Below are positions 9,810 through 20,111 of a stretch of DNA of 64,000 nucleotides, piece by piece. A program made the position numbers and the translations under genes. Origin of the DNA: an uncultured Clostridium sp. (GTDB lineage Bacteria; Bacillota; Clostridia; TANB77; CAG-508); the NCBI GenBank assembly GCA_947651825.1, contig CANTAQ010000001.1, forward strand, positions 20,598-84,597, read 5' to 3'. The notes beneath the pieces were generated by a model that made no database searches, was not told the origin of the DNA, and saw nothing but the letters and a program-made list of their open reading frames with translations. Positions within the stretch are counted from its first letter, which is position 1, and each line of letters opens with the position of its first letter.

Positions 9810-10904
9810 TTATTTCATTTTTTTGGAAAAAATCTTGAGCATAGTCATAATAGAAGTATCAGGGTAGTTCTCAAGAATTTCCGGATGTTGCTGGGCTATC
9901 CATTGTTCATAAGAGGTATAAAGGGTTTCCTTTAAAATCTCTTTGCAAGAGAAGCGATGGATTTTACTAAGTGCTGCAATGATAGAGGTTATGGTAACCC
10001 TAGGAACCTCACAAGAGACCACAAAGGCATCATGAACGACAGCTAATTGGTCATTAAATTTAAGCTCTGAGAGCAAAAACGATACCTTGTCTTCGAGAGA
10101 AAAGTCAGGTTCATTGATGCTGGATAAAAAGGGCTCCAAGAAATTTTCCATATAAGCCTCAAAAGAAATTTTTTTCTCTCGGATTTTTTTGGGCTTTTTT
10201 TCTGGAACCGCTTCAGTTCCAGAAACTACATCTATAGGGCTGGGAACACTGCCATTATTAAATAAACCATTATAGGCTGGCAAGTTGTACGAAAAATCCA
10301 TTGAATGATGGAAAATTTGAAGCAGGTGCTGAAAGAAATCAGGAGAAGTTTTTCCAACAATTATACGAATTCTTTCAGGTCGTACATATTTTCCCATGCG
10401 AAGAAGAACCGTGCCACCGTTGAATTTGGGATTGTAGTAAGAAATATCCTGATTTGCTCGTGCAAGAAGATACTTTTTGCCATCACCATCTAAAATTTGC
10501 TTAGTGATTGGCAAGAGGTATACAGTTCCATCATCCTGAATATCGCATACAATGGAGTGAACATGCATACCAGAGATTTCCCCATCCACATGGGTGCCGA
10601 ATTTACAATCTACTACATCTCCAACAGAAAAAGCAATTAAAGAATCTGCAGGAATTGGATTGTATTGTATAGAAATTTCAAGAGCGGCACCAAGAAGGAA
10701 CTTTAAAGTATCGATAATACTTGCGTTAGAATGGTAAACAGCATTAATGAGTGAACCGATGATTCTGTTTACAAAACTGCCTACCTCTGGATCAGAAAAG
10801 TGAATTTTGCTGTAAAAATCGCCAAGTTTTGAAATTATTACCTTGGTGTTAGCCTTGTTTTTGGAAGGCACATTAGTATCACTTAAATTTTGAGCCATTT
10901 CCAT
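9810..10904 (-). CDS. Hypothetical protein (364 aa), compositionally atypical (GC-richer)
   Basis: Long minus-strand ORF with AAAGGA RBS. No recognisable motif. Local GC is about 40% versus about 27% in the surroundings. Confidence 0.55.
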   Translation of the reverse strand: MEMAQNLSDTNVPSKNKANTKVIISKLGDFYSKIHFSDPEVGSFVNRIIGSLINAVYHSNASIIDTLKFLLGAALEISIQYNPIPADSLIAFSVGDVVDCKFGTHVDGEISGMHVHSIVCDIQDDGTVYLLPITKQILDGDGKKYLLARANQDISYYNPKFNGGTVLLRMGKYVRPERIRIIVGKTSPDFFQHLLQIFHHSMDFSYNLPAYNGLFNNGSVPSPIDVVSGTEAVPEKKPKKIREKKISFEAYMENFLEPFLSSINEPDFSLEDKVSFLLSELKFNDQLAVVHDAFVVSCEVPRVTITSIIAALSKIHRFSCKEILKETLYTSYEQWIAQQHPEILENYPDTSIMTMLKIFSKKMK

Positions 10905-11262
10905 AAAATCCTTTCATAAACCGTAAGAGCCAATTACGAACAAATTTTATTGCCAACTAAAGTTTAATGTAATCACATCCTTTATAAAGTAGTTTTTGAA
11001 TTTCTATAGAATCCCCATTTCTAAAAATGAGTTTAAGTAAAACCTCCTTGTAAGTTATTTACTTTTCATATCTTTTTCAGCTAATTTGATGAAAAATGAT
11101 AAAAAAGTATAGTAAAATTATACCATTGTTTTATGTAAAGTCAATAATAAGTCATAAAATACGTAAAAAACACAAAAAAATACTGTAAAAATTTGCATTT
11201 TATATTAAATTATGTTAAAATTAATATTAGTGATACATAGGACAAATTTTAGGAGGTAAAAT

Positions 11263-11412
11263 ATGGAAGAAAATAATATGTTAAATATTTCTCAAGAAAT
11301 GTTAGACAGCTTATCTGTTGAAGAAATAGCTGATTTAAAAGTAGAAGTTGATGATTTATTAAAGAGATTAGATGATATTTTAGAAGATTGTAATGAAGAA
11401 GTAAATTCTTAA
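11263..11412 (+). CDS. Small acidic protein (49 aa), first gene of a two-gene operon
   Basis: Strong RBS TTTTAGGAGGTAAAAT before the ATG; it translates MEENNMLNISQEMLDSLSVEEIADLKVEVDDLLKRLDDILEDCNEEVNS. The stop lies 18 nt before the next gene's RBS. Confidence 0.45.
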   Translation: MEENNMLNISQEMLDSLSVEEIADLKVEVDDLLKRLDDILEDCNEEVNS

Positions 11413-11430
11413 AAAATAAGGAGGAAAAAA

Positions 11431-12597
11431 ATGGATTTAGAAGTAGAGAACGTATCTTATGTGGCTGTAAAAGAAAAACTAGAAGAAAAGAAAAAAAGAG
11501 TAACTCAATTAGAAAGGGAAGTTACAGAATTAACAGAAAGTAAGAGAGATAAAGAAGAACAAATAAGATTAATTGACAGAGGAGTAATAGCAGGAGATAA
11601 AAAAGTATTATCAAAAGAACTTCAGGATACTAAAAAGGAATTAAAAACAAAAGAAGAAGAAACTAAAAAAATAAAAGAAGAAATAGTACCTTTACAAAAA
11701 TCTATTGATGCTGCAATAGCAAAAATTAAAGATAATCCAGAGATGAAAGTACAATTAGAAGGTGCTATAAGTCAAAAAGTTAAAGACGATTTAGAAAAAA
11801 AGAAAAAAGCTAAAGAAACCCTTGCTAATAAGCAAAAAGGGTTCCAAACATTAGCTAAAGATAGACCAGCAGAATTAAAGGCATTTTATAAAGCAGGAAA
11901 ATTAGTAGAAGATTTGAAAACGGAATTAAAAAGTTTAGCTCGTAAAGATGATTCTGGTGTAATAACATATACAAATCCAGTAAGAGCAGCAGAAATTAAT
12001 AATACATTATTACCAGATGCTAATGCTGCACTAGTAGCAACTAAAAAGACATTACTAAATTATGTTAAGAGAAAGAAAATAAAATTAGATGAACAAGATA
12101 TTGAAGCATTTAGTTATAAAAATGCATTAGGAAAAAACGGAAAACTTGATATAGATGCAACTCTTAATAAACAAGTGAAAACTTTAGATAAAAAGATAGC
12201 AAGAATTGATGAAAAAATAGCACATTTGCAAACACTTTCAGAAGCAACAAGAAGAGATGATGAAGGAAGGGAATCAGGAGAAGAAGGTGGCAATGGAGGA
12301 GAAAATCCAAAATGGTGGCAATTTATAAAAAGATTTAAAAATTGGAATATGAGAAGAAAACAAGAAAAACTTGCAGATGAATTTGAAAGAGATGATGATG
12401 AAGAAACACGAGATTCTGAAGATTCTGAAAGAGAAGAAAACAGCGAACAAGATAATGACTTTAAAGAAAGTTTAAAATATGATATATTTAAAGCTGCTGT
12501 AAAGAAACAAATGGAAGAAGATAGAGAAACCTTGGCACAAGCAAGAAGAGATGCTGCAAGAGAAGCAGAAGAACCAGATGATGATAGAGAACCATAG
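11431..12597 (+). CDS. Hypothetical K/E-rich coiled-coil protein (388 aa) with an acidic C-terminal tail
   Basis: RBS AAGGAGG. Heptad-like charged repeats throughout, and a D/E-rich C-terminus. No catalytic motif recognised. Confidence 0.6.
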   Translation: MDLEVENVSYVAVKEKLEEKKKRVTQLEREVTELTESKRDKEEQIRLIDRGVIAGDKKVLSKELQDTKKELKTKEEETKKIKEEIVPLQKSIDAAIAKIKDNPEMKVQLEGAISQKVKDDLEKKKKAKETLANKQKGFQTLAKDRPAELKAFYKAGKLVEDLKTELKSLARKDDSGVITYTNPVRAAEINNTLLPDANAALVATKKTLLNYVKRKKIKLDEQDIEAFSYKNALGKNGKLDIDATLNKQVKTLDKKIARIDEKIAHLQTLSEATRRDDEGRESGEEGGNGGENPKWWQFIKRFKNWNMRRKQEKLADEFERDDDEETRDSEDSEREENSEQDNDFKESLKYDIFKAAVKKQMEEDRETLAQARRDAAREAEEPDDDREP

Positions 12598-12619
12598 TTA
12601 AAAATTAATAAAATAAAAA

Positions 12620-12651
12620 AAGATTACTATATTCTTAGTAATCTTTTTTTA
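12620..12651 (+). terminator. Rho-independent terminator
   Basis: Stem AAGATTACTA / TAGTAATCTT, loop TATTCT, followed by a T7 run. Confidence 0.6.
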
Positions 12652-12713
12652 TATAAAAGTTGTACCTTTTATATAAATAGAATCATAAAATATATTAGAA
12701 GGAGGGAACAACA

Positions 12714-13121
12714 ATGTGTAGTAGTAACAAAGATAATAACTTCTGTTATTTATTAACTTTAATATCTAGTATATTAGGAGCAATAGGTATTGCAGCAGTA
12801 TTTTATACAGGACTTATTACTAGTGTAATAGCATTAGCTGCTGTTACTTTAGTTTTTGGAATATTTTCTCTAATTGCTTTAATAGTTTTATTGTATTGTA
12901 AAATGGAAGAAGGATGTTATTGTATAGACAAGAATTGTTTGATTACCACAATGGTAGGTTCAATAATTACTAGTATATTTGCTTTAACAATAACAAGTTT
13001 AGCAACTTTATCAATACCAGTAGCGATATTAATAGGAGCAGTAGCTTTCTTTCTTATAAGCAATTTAATAGCTTTAATAAAAACAATAATATGTGTAATT
13101 TGCCTTATGAGATGTAGATAA
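12714..13121 (+). CDS. Cys-rich polytopic small membrane protein (135 aa)
   Basis: RBS GAAGGAGGG. Four hydrophobic helices. Cys clusters (CKMEEGCYCIDKNC and ICVICLMRCR) lie at a loop and at the C-terminus. Confidence 0.55.
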   Translation: MCSSNKDNNFCYLLTLISSILGAIGIAAVFYTGLITSVIALAAVTLVFGIFSLIALIVLLYCKMEEGCYCIDKNCLITTMVGSIITSIFALTITSLATLSIPVAILIGAVAFFLISNLIALIKTIICVICLMRCR

Positions 13122-13331
13122 TAGATTGACAAAGATTATAGTATAATAATTTGCTCCATTTCGTTGAAAGTTAAATTAAAAAATGGTCTTAAATAAGTCT
13201 TTTAAAGATTTGACTTTCACATGGAGCTACATAATACACTAAAATAAAATTGTAGTAATTATAATATTATTTTTGATTTTTGTGTTATAATATTTTATAT
13301 ACTAATATAAAATAAAGGGAGAACATGTAAA

Positions 13332-14081
13332 ATGAGAGCATTAGTAACAGGGGCATCATCAGGGATTGGACGAGATATGGCAAGATATCTTAGTAAGTTA
13401 GGATATGACTTAATTATAGTTGCACAAAGAGAAGAAAGATTAATTGAATTGAAAGAAGAACTAAAAACAAATGTACAAGTTATAAGTATGGATTTAAGCA
13501 TTAAAGAAAATTGCATTAATTTATATAAAAGCATAAAAAATCAAGAGATAGATCTATTAATAAACAATGCTGGTTTTGGAGAATTTGGAACTTTTAATGA
13601 GACTGATTTAGAAAAAGAAATTAAATTAATAAATACCAATATTACTGCTGTACACATATTGACAAAATTATTTTTAAAAGATATGAAAAAAGTAAACAAA
13701 GGAAGAATATTAAATGTAGCATCAGTAGCAGGATTTGCACCAGGGCCATTAATGGCAGCATACTATTCGTCAAAAGCATATGTTCTTAGATTATCTCAAG
13801 CAATATATACAGAGTTAAAAAAGGACAAGTCAAATGTGCATATAAGTGTGCTTTGTCCAGGACCAATTGCAACAGAATTTAATGATGTAGCAGGAGTTAA
13901 ATTTACTTTAAAGCCATTAAGTAGTGAGTATGTTGCAAAATATGCAATAGACAAGACTTTAAAAAATAAACCAATGATAATTCCAGGACTATTAAATAAG
14001 ATGATGATAATGTTAACCAAAGTTGCACCAAGTAAACTAACTGCTAGAATAGTTTATAGAAATCAAAAGAAGAAGAGATAA
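13332..14081 (+). CDS. Short-chain dehydrogenase/reductase (SDR) family oxidoreductase
   Basis: N-terminal TGASSGIG Rossmann motif, NNAG, and a catalytic S...YxxxK (YSSSKAY). Confidence 0.8.
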   Translation: MRALVTGASSGIGRDMARYLSKLGYDLIIVAQREERLIELKEELKTNVQVISMDLSIKENCINLYKSIKNQEIDLLINNAGFGEFGTFNETDLEKEIKLINTNITAVHILTKLFLKDMKKVNKGRILNVASVAGFAPGPLMAAYYSSKAYVLRLSQAIYTELKKDKSNVHISVLCPGPIATEFNDVAGVKFTLKPLSSEYVAKYAIDKTLKNKPMIIPGLLNKMMIMLTKVAPSKLTARIVYRNQKKKR

Positions 14082-14109
14082 AGCAATAATTAGAAATATG
14101 AATATTGAA

Positions 14110-14150
14110 AAAGTTCCATTTGATTCAAATGGAACTTTTATTTTTCTTCT
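14110..14150. terminator. Bidirectional terminator hairpin between the SDR gene and fic
   Basis: Stem AAGTTCCATTTG / CAAATGGAACTT with loop ATTC, and T-runs on both flanks. Confidence 0.5.
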
Positions 14151-14734
14151 AAACATTTTAATATTAAAACTTCTAGGTAAGAAGCATCTACAACTGATTG
14201 TACACTTGCATCAAACATTTCCTTTGCATCAATTTTTGATAAGTTTAATATATAACCACATTTATATGCAAGTTGTCTACAAAATTCTCTAATTGTTCTA
14301 CCATTACCATCTCTAAAAGGATGTAAAACATTTAACTCTGCCATATAATAAGCTAAACGATTTGCTAAACTAGGTTTATCTAAATCTTTCAAAAAGTTTT
14401 CATTTTTTAATTCATTTAAAATTCTTTTCAATTCATCTTCTATAAATTCCCATTCAGCAAATTTAAAATTATCTTTTGCTATATTTTCAGTTCTGAAAGA
14501 ACCTGCAAATTTGTAAACTGCACTAAATAAAAATTTATGTATATTAGTAAAATGTTCTATATCAAAATTTCCAATATCTTTATTTTTTCTTAGGTCAAAT
14601 AGTTTTGCAAGAACTAATGGACGTTCAATATTAGCTAATTGCTTTGCATCTTTAACGTCAAAATTATTTAATAGAACATTAGTACCTTTATAGCAATATA
14701 TAGAGTTTCTTACTTCATATAAATCATCTACCAT
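14138..14734 (-). CDS. Fic-family protein (AMPylase-type Fic/Doc fold)
   Basis: Full canonical Fic motif HPFRDGNGRTIR (HxFx[D/E]GNGRxxR). RBS AAGGAGATGAGG. Confidence 0.8.
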   Translation of the reverse strand: MVDDLYEVRNSIYCYKGTNVLLNNFDVKDAKQLANIERPLVLAKLFDLRKNKDIGNFDIEHFTNIHKFLFSAVYKFAGSFRTENIAKDNFKFAEWEFIEDELKRILNELKNENFLKDLDKPSLANRLAYYMAELNVLHPFRDGNGRTIREFCRQLAYKCGYILNLSKIDAKEMFDASVQSVVDASYLEVLILKCLEEK

Positions 14735-14748
14735 ATGACCTCATCTCC

Positions 14749-14913
14749 TTATAGATTAGATTTTTTTACTATATTTACTAATTCATTAAAATTTATTTCT
14801 TCATTTGCATATCTCTTTAATAAACCTATATCATTAGCTGTAAGACTAATATTTTCTATTTCAAAATCTCTTTTCAAATTTTCTAATTCAAAATTAAAAT
14901 TACTTTCTAACAA
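14749..14913 (-). CDS. Small ORF (54 aa, TTG start) translationally coupled upstream of fic; candidate Fic antitoxin/partner
   Basis: GGAGG sits 7 nt before the TTG. The stop TAA overlaps the fic RBS. It translates LLESNFNFELENLKRDFEIENISLTANDIGLLKRYANEEINFNELVNIVKKSNL. The ORF track shows only the mirror + ORF (14735-14929). Confidence 0.4.
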   Translation of the reverse strand: MLESNFNFELENLKRDFEIENISLTANDIGLLKRYANEEINFNELVNIVKKSNL

Positions 14914-15117
14914 GTTAAAACCTCCATAAACAGTCTCTAATTATATTATAACATAGATTAGTGTAAAAAGCGAATGGGGAAATGAGAACTTTAAGTTGTA
15001 GTAGAAAGTATTTCTAGATGGATGTTTTATTTTTCGGTAATGCTTTAGTCAAAATTGAAAAATAAAATCATCCAGCAAGATAGAACGAATTAGATTTATC
15101 AGATTTGAACGATAAAT

Positions 15118-17731
15118 TTAAATCCATTCATGATACTTTTTAATATAAACTTTTTTGGCAAATAGAGCTACAAAACAATATAGTATAGGAACACCAACTA
15201 TTATAGCTAAATATTTTAAAGATATAGGAACTAAGCCAATTATTTCACCTAAAAAAGAGAAAGGTACAGCAATAGCTACTATACTAAGCAGAATAGAAGA
15301 GAAGTATACAATTTTAGATGCATTACTCTGTACAAAAGGCAATTTTGCTGTTCTTATAATATGCATTCCAATCAAATTAGACACTACGCCATATGAAAAC
15401 CAAATAGTTTGAAATACTGCAGCTTCTCTAATACCAAATATAAACCAAATAGAAGAAAAAACAATCATATCAAAAAGGGAACTAAGAGGTCCCATAAAAA
15501 GCATAAAATGTTTTAAACTTTTTAAACTCCATATTTGAGGTTTTTCTAAATATTCCTCATCAACATTATCATAAGGTAAAGTTAACTGACCAAAATCGTA
15601 AAGTAAACTTTGTACTAAAAGTTGAATAGGAGTTATAGGCAAAAATGGAAGAAAAATACTTGCAATAATTACAGAAGATACTTCTCCAAAGTTAAAACTT
15701 ACAGCCATTTTTATATATTTCATAAGATTAGTAAATGTCTTTCTACCTTCTTTAGCACCATCTAAAAGGACATTTAAGTCTTTTTCTAATAGAATTATAT
15801 CAGCTGCTTCCTTAGCAATATCTGCACCAGTATCAACAGAAATACCAACATCAGAATTATTAAGAGAAGGTCCATCATTAATTCCATCACCTAAGTATCC
15901 GAACAGTATTACCAGTTTCTCTTAAAATTCTTACAATTCTGGCTTTTTGTATAGGAGAAAGTTTAGCAAAAATATTAGTTTTTTTTAGAATTCTAGTAAC
16001 AGCCATATCAGATAATCTATCTATTTGTGAGCCTAGTATAATGTTCTGAGAGTTAATATTTAATTGTTTACAAATATATTTCGTAACTTCTAAGTTATCA
16101 CCAGTTAAAACAATTACTCTAACACCTGCATTATTTAATTTTTCTATGGAATTTTTGGCACTCTTTTTAGGAGGGTCAAGGAATCCAATAAACCCAAGTA
16201 ATGTCATATTATTTTCATCTTTAACAGTAAAATTAGATTTATTAGGTAGGCTATACTTAGAACATACAGCAAGAACTCTAAAACCGTCAGAGTTTAAAGA
16301 ATTACATAAGTTTCTTATACTAGTTTTAAATTCTTTATTTAGAGGAATAAGATTGCCATTAGCATCTTTTACTGTAGAAGAAATTGATAAAATTTCCTCT
16401 AGAGCGCCTTTGGTAATCATTTGTATTTCATGATGATTGTTAACAATAATAGACAATCTTCTGCGCATAAAGTCAAAAGGAATTTCATCTACTTTTGTAT
16501 AATTTTTAGCACATATATTTACATTTAAATGTTTTCCTCTTTCAATAATAGCAAGGTCGATATTGCTTTTTATACCATTTTGAAAATAAGAATTTAAAAA
16601 TACAGTTTTTAGTATTTCAATATTTTCATTACCATAAACATCAAGATATTTTTCAAGAACAATTCTATCTTCTGTAAGTGTTCCTGTTTTATCAGTACAT
16701 AAAATATTCATTGAACCAAAGTTTTGGATGCTATCTAACTTTTTTACAATAACTTTCTTTTTTGACATTCTTATAGCACCACGAGATAGACTAGAAGATA
16801 GAATAACAGGCAATAATAAAGGAGTAATACCAATAGCAATAGCTACTGCAAATGTGAAGGCAGTAATAGATTCATGTTTCCAAGCATTTATAAAAAAAAC
16901 TATTGGAATTAAGATAAGCATAAATTTTATAAGAAGATTACTAATACTAGAGATTCCAGTTTCAAAGGCAGATTTGGGTTTTTGATTATCTGAAAAGCTT
17001 TTTGCAATATTACCAAAAAAAGTATCATTTCCAATTTTTATAACAATACCTTTTGCAGAACCGCTAATCACATTTGTTCCCATAAAAGCAATAGTATCTA
17101 AAACTGAAATATCATCTATATTACTAGTTTTGGAATTTGTATTTTCAACTTTTCTGACACTGTCTGATTCACCAGTTAATGCAGATTGTCCAACATATAA
17201 ATTATTTGTTTCAATAATTCTTAAATCAGCAGGAATGATGCTACCAGCAGATAATAATACTATATCTCCAATAGTGATTTTATTTACTGGAACTTGGATT
17301 TCTTCATTACTCCTTAAAATAGATACTGTGGTGGCAACAAGTGCTTTTAATTTTTCAGCAGCTTTATTTGATTTGAATTCTTCAAAAAACTCTAGAAGTG
17401 TACTAACAGCTACTAAAACTAATATAACAAGAATATTTGCGTAATTAGGGACTTGCGGTAACATAACATCTGTATAGAATAATACAAAGCAAATGCCAAG
17501 TAAAATACAAGAAAAAGGACTAAATAAGCTTTTAAATAAATAATGATACCATTTTTTAGATTTAACTTCTTTTATTTCATTCAAACCATATCTATTAATG
17601 TTTTGATTAACTTCATCATCAGACAAGCCATTTAAATTTATATTATATTTTTTTATAAAATCGTCTTTATTTAAATAGAAATAATCACCATACATTTTTT
17701 GAATATCAATATTATCTTTATTATTAGACAT
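15118..17731 (-). pseudogene. mgtA: Mg2+-importing P-type ATPase (MgtA-like), broken by a 1-nt insertion near 15901
   Basis: ORF 15887-17731 carries the P-type ATPase core (DKTGTLT, TGES) and stops at ...TGNTVRILR. ORF 15118-15723 is the C-terminal TM segment in another frame. The region between them encodes GDGINDGPSL. Deleting g15901 (coding strand gttCgga) gives TGNTVGYLGDGIND. Confidence 0.7.
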
Positions 17732-17857
17732 AATAACCTCCTACATATTAATACTTTATAATATATTATGGTATAAATTTAAAAGAATATTGCAATAAAT
17801 TTGAAAATAATATATAATACAGACTAGAATTTTAAATAAAAAGAGGGGAAATAAACT

Positions 17858-19300
17858 ATGAGAAAAACCAAAATTGTTTGTACTTTAGGACCCGCAACAG
17901 ATGATGAAAATATTTTAAGAGAACTTATGTTAGCAGGGATGAATGTTGGAAGAATAAATTTTTCACATGGAAATTATAAAGATCAAGCGGATAGAATTAA
18001 TACGTTTAAAAAAATTAGAGAAGAACTAAAATTGCCTATACCATTATTATTAGATACACAAGGACCAGAAATAAGAATAGGAAAATTTAAAAATTCAAGA
18101 GGTATAACATTAGTAAATGGACAGCAATTCACATTATTAAATGAAGAAGAATTAGGAGACGAAACGAAAGTTTCAATAACATATAAAACTTTATTTCAAG
18201 AAATAGATGTAGGAAAAACAATACTAATAAATGATGGAACAATTGAATTAAGAGTAGATGAAATTAGAGATAAAGATATAGTTTGTACAGTAATACAAGG
18301 TGGAAAATTAACTAATAGAAAGAGTATAAACATTCCAGACTTTATTGTTAATTTACCAGGAATTACAGAAAAGGACATTGAAGATATCAAATATGGTATA
18401 GAAGCAGGGTTTGATTATATTGCTGCATCATTTGTAAGAAAGCCAAAAGATGTCTTGGAAGTAAGAGAAGTTTTGAAACAAAATGCTGGAGAACATATTA
18501 AAATAATATCAAAAATAGAAAATAGAGAAGGCATAGATAATTTTGATGAAATTTTAAATGTGTCAGATGGAATAATGGTTGCTAGAGGAGATTTGGGAGT
18601 AGAAATACCTATGGAAGAGGTCCCAATTTTACAAAAACAATTTATAAAGAAAACGTATGCTCAAGGTAAGCCAGTAATAACAGCAACACAAATGTTAGAA
18701 TCAATGATTACAAATCCAAGACCAACTAGAGCAGAAGTTAGTGATGTTGCAAATGCAATATATGATGGAAGTAGTGCAATCATGTTATCTGGAGAAACTG
18801 CAAGTGGAAATTTTCCAGTAGAATGTGTAAGAACAATGAGTTCAATAGCAGTTGCAATAGAAGAATCGATTAAATATGCAAAAAGATTCAAGATGAGAGA
18901 TTATGACTTAGAAAACCTTAACAATATATTTAATATGAATTATGCAGTGGCAACAACAGCGACAAATATTGATGCAAAAGCAATTGTTTCATATACGAAT
19001 ACAGGAGATACAGTAAGAATGGTGTCAAGTTTTGGTGTAGGATGTCCTATTTTTGCAATAACGCAAAATGATATAACATATAGACAATTAGGACTTTGTT
19101 GGAATATAACACCTAAATTATTTGAGCCTCAAGAAAATATTGATAAATTATTACATGTAGGATTAAATAAGTTAAAGGAAGAAAAGTTTTTAAATAAAAA
19201 TGATAAAGTAGTTATTGCAGGAGGAACAAAGGTATTAACAGATTTAGCAGAAGATGAAGCAACCATGAATATGGTTATGGGAGGAATAGTTGTAATATAG
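17858..19300 (+). CDS. pyk: Pyruvate kinase
   Basis: MRKTKIVCTLGPATDDE..., and the Pyk fold motifs GMNVGRINFSHG and MVARGDLGVEIP. RBS AAGAGGGG. Confidence 0.85.
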   Translation: MRKTKIVCTLGPATDDENILRELMLAGMNVGRINFSHGNYKDQADRINTFKKIREELKLPIPLLLDTQGPEIRIGKFKNSRGITLVNGQQFTLLNEEELGDETKVSITYKTLFQEIDVGKTILINDGTIELRVDEIRDKDIVCTVIQGGKLTNRKSINIPDFIVNLPGITEKDIEDIKYGIEAGFDYIAASFVRKPKDVLEVREVLKQNAGEHIKIISKIENREGIDNFDEILNVSDGIMVARGDLGVEIPMEEVPILQKQFIKKTYAQGKPVITATQMLESMITNPRPTRAEVSDVANAIYDGSSAIMLSGETASGNFPVECVRTMSSIAVAIEESIKYAKRFKMRDYDLENLNNIFNMNYAVATTATNIDAKAIVSYTNTGDTVRMVSSFGVGCPIFAITQNDITYRQLGLCWNITPKLFEPQENIDKLLHVGLNKLKEEKFLNKNDKVVIAGGTKVLTDLAEDEATMNMVMGGIVVI

Positions 19301-19995
19301 TGGAAAGTTTAATTATAATAGGTTTTCTAATTTCAATTATAGTTATACTAAAAATAATTTTCAGAATTAATATAAAAAAAGCAAAATCGATACAAGACAA
19401 TAAAGAGTTAGAAAAGATAACTGACAGATTTCCAGAGAATATTGAAATTGTAAAAGATATATTAAAAATGCTTGATAATGAAAATGTAAAAATTGAAGAA
19501 GAAAAAGATACAAAAACAAGTTTATATATAGCAATAAGTAATAAAATAATAATAGCAGATATGAAGAACAATTATGCAAGAATACAAACAATAGCCCATG
19601 AATGTGCACACTCAATACAAGATAAAAGAATATTGCTAGCTAATTTTATAATTTCAAATATATGTATATTATATTATTTTATAATGCTTGTTTTAACAAT
19701 TTGTAAAGTAATTACTAATCCATTATTACATATAATAATATTTATGCTATTTTTATGTATTAAACTAGTAATAAGAACTTATTTAGAAACAGAAGCTATG
19801 ACAAAATCTAGATATATTTCAGAAAAATATATAGATATGAAGAATGTTTGTGAAGAAAAGGAAAAAGAAGAATTATTAACTAAATATGATGAAATAAATA
19901 AAATGGGTATTCCATTCATGATTGATAGTTTAGTTACTTCACGGATTATTTGGTATTTTATTGTATGCAATTATAATATTTTTTATATAAAGTAA
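19300..19995 (+). CDS. Membrane protein with an HExxH motif (putative membrane zinc metallopeptidase-like); start codon uncertain (GTG)
   Basis: IAHECAHSIQD (HExxH) lies between an N-terminal TM and C-terminal hydrophobic helices. It overlaps the pyk stop. The alternative internal ATG starts are weaker. Confidence 0.45.
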   Translation: MESLIIIGFLISIIVILKIIFRINIKKAKSIQDNKELEKITDRFPENIEIVKDILKMLDNENVKIEEEKDTKTSLYIAISNKIIIADMKNNYARIQTIAHECAHSIQDKRILLANFIISNICILYYFIMLVLTICKVITNPLLHIIIFMLFLCIKLVIRTYLETEAMTKSRYISEKYIDMKNVCEEKEKEELLTKYDEINKMGIPFMIDSLVTSRIIWYFIVCNYNIFYIK

Positions 19996-20043
19996 AAGGA
20001 AAAATGGGTAAAGATGCTTATTTTTCAAACAATGCGAGACTTT

Positions 20044-20067
20044 TCTAGACTGACCATTCAGTCTAGA
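20044..20067. promoter_or_regulatory. 9-bp perfect inverted repeat TCTAGACTG-N6-CAGTCTAGA upstream of the AMP-binding ligase gene (candidate operator)
   Basis: Seen directly. No T-run follows it, so it is unlikely to be a terminator. Confidence 0.3.
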
Positions 20068-20111
20068 GACTTAAATGATTATATGTTGTATAATATATAA
20101 GGAGGTAAATA

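Noticed and set aside
13122-13331. Possible promoter elements (TTGACA at 13127; TGTTATAAT at about 13281) upstream of the SDR gene
   Set aside because: The spacings between candidate -35 and -10 hexamers are non-canonical (10 and 7 bp), so they are not reported as features.
14735-14929. 64-aa + strand ORF from the track
   Set aside because: It is the mirror image of the better-supported minus-strand TTG-start ORF (14749-14913), which has a GGAGG RBS and is coupled to fic. The + version has no RBS.
15155-15412. 85-aa + ORF inside the mgtA C-terminal region; also 16146-16433, 16728-16985 and 17130-17444
   Set aside because: Antisense to the P-type ATPase coding sequence, with no RBS.
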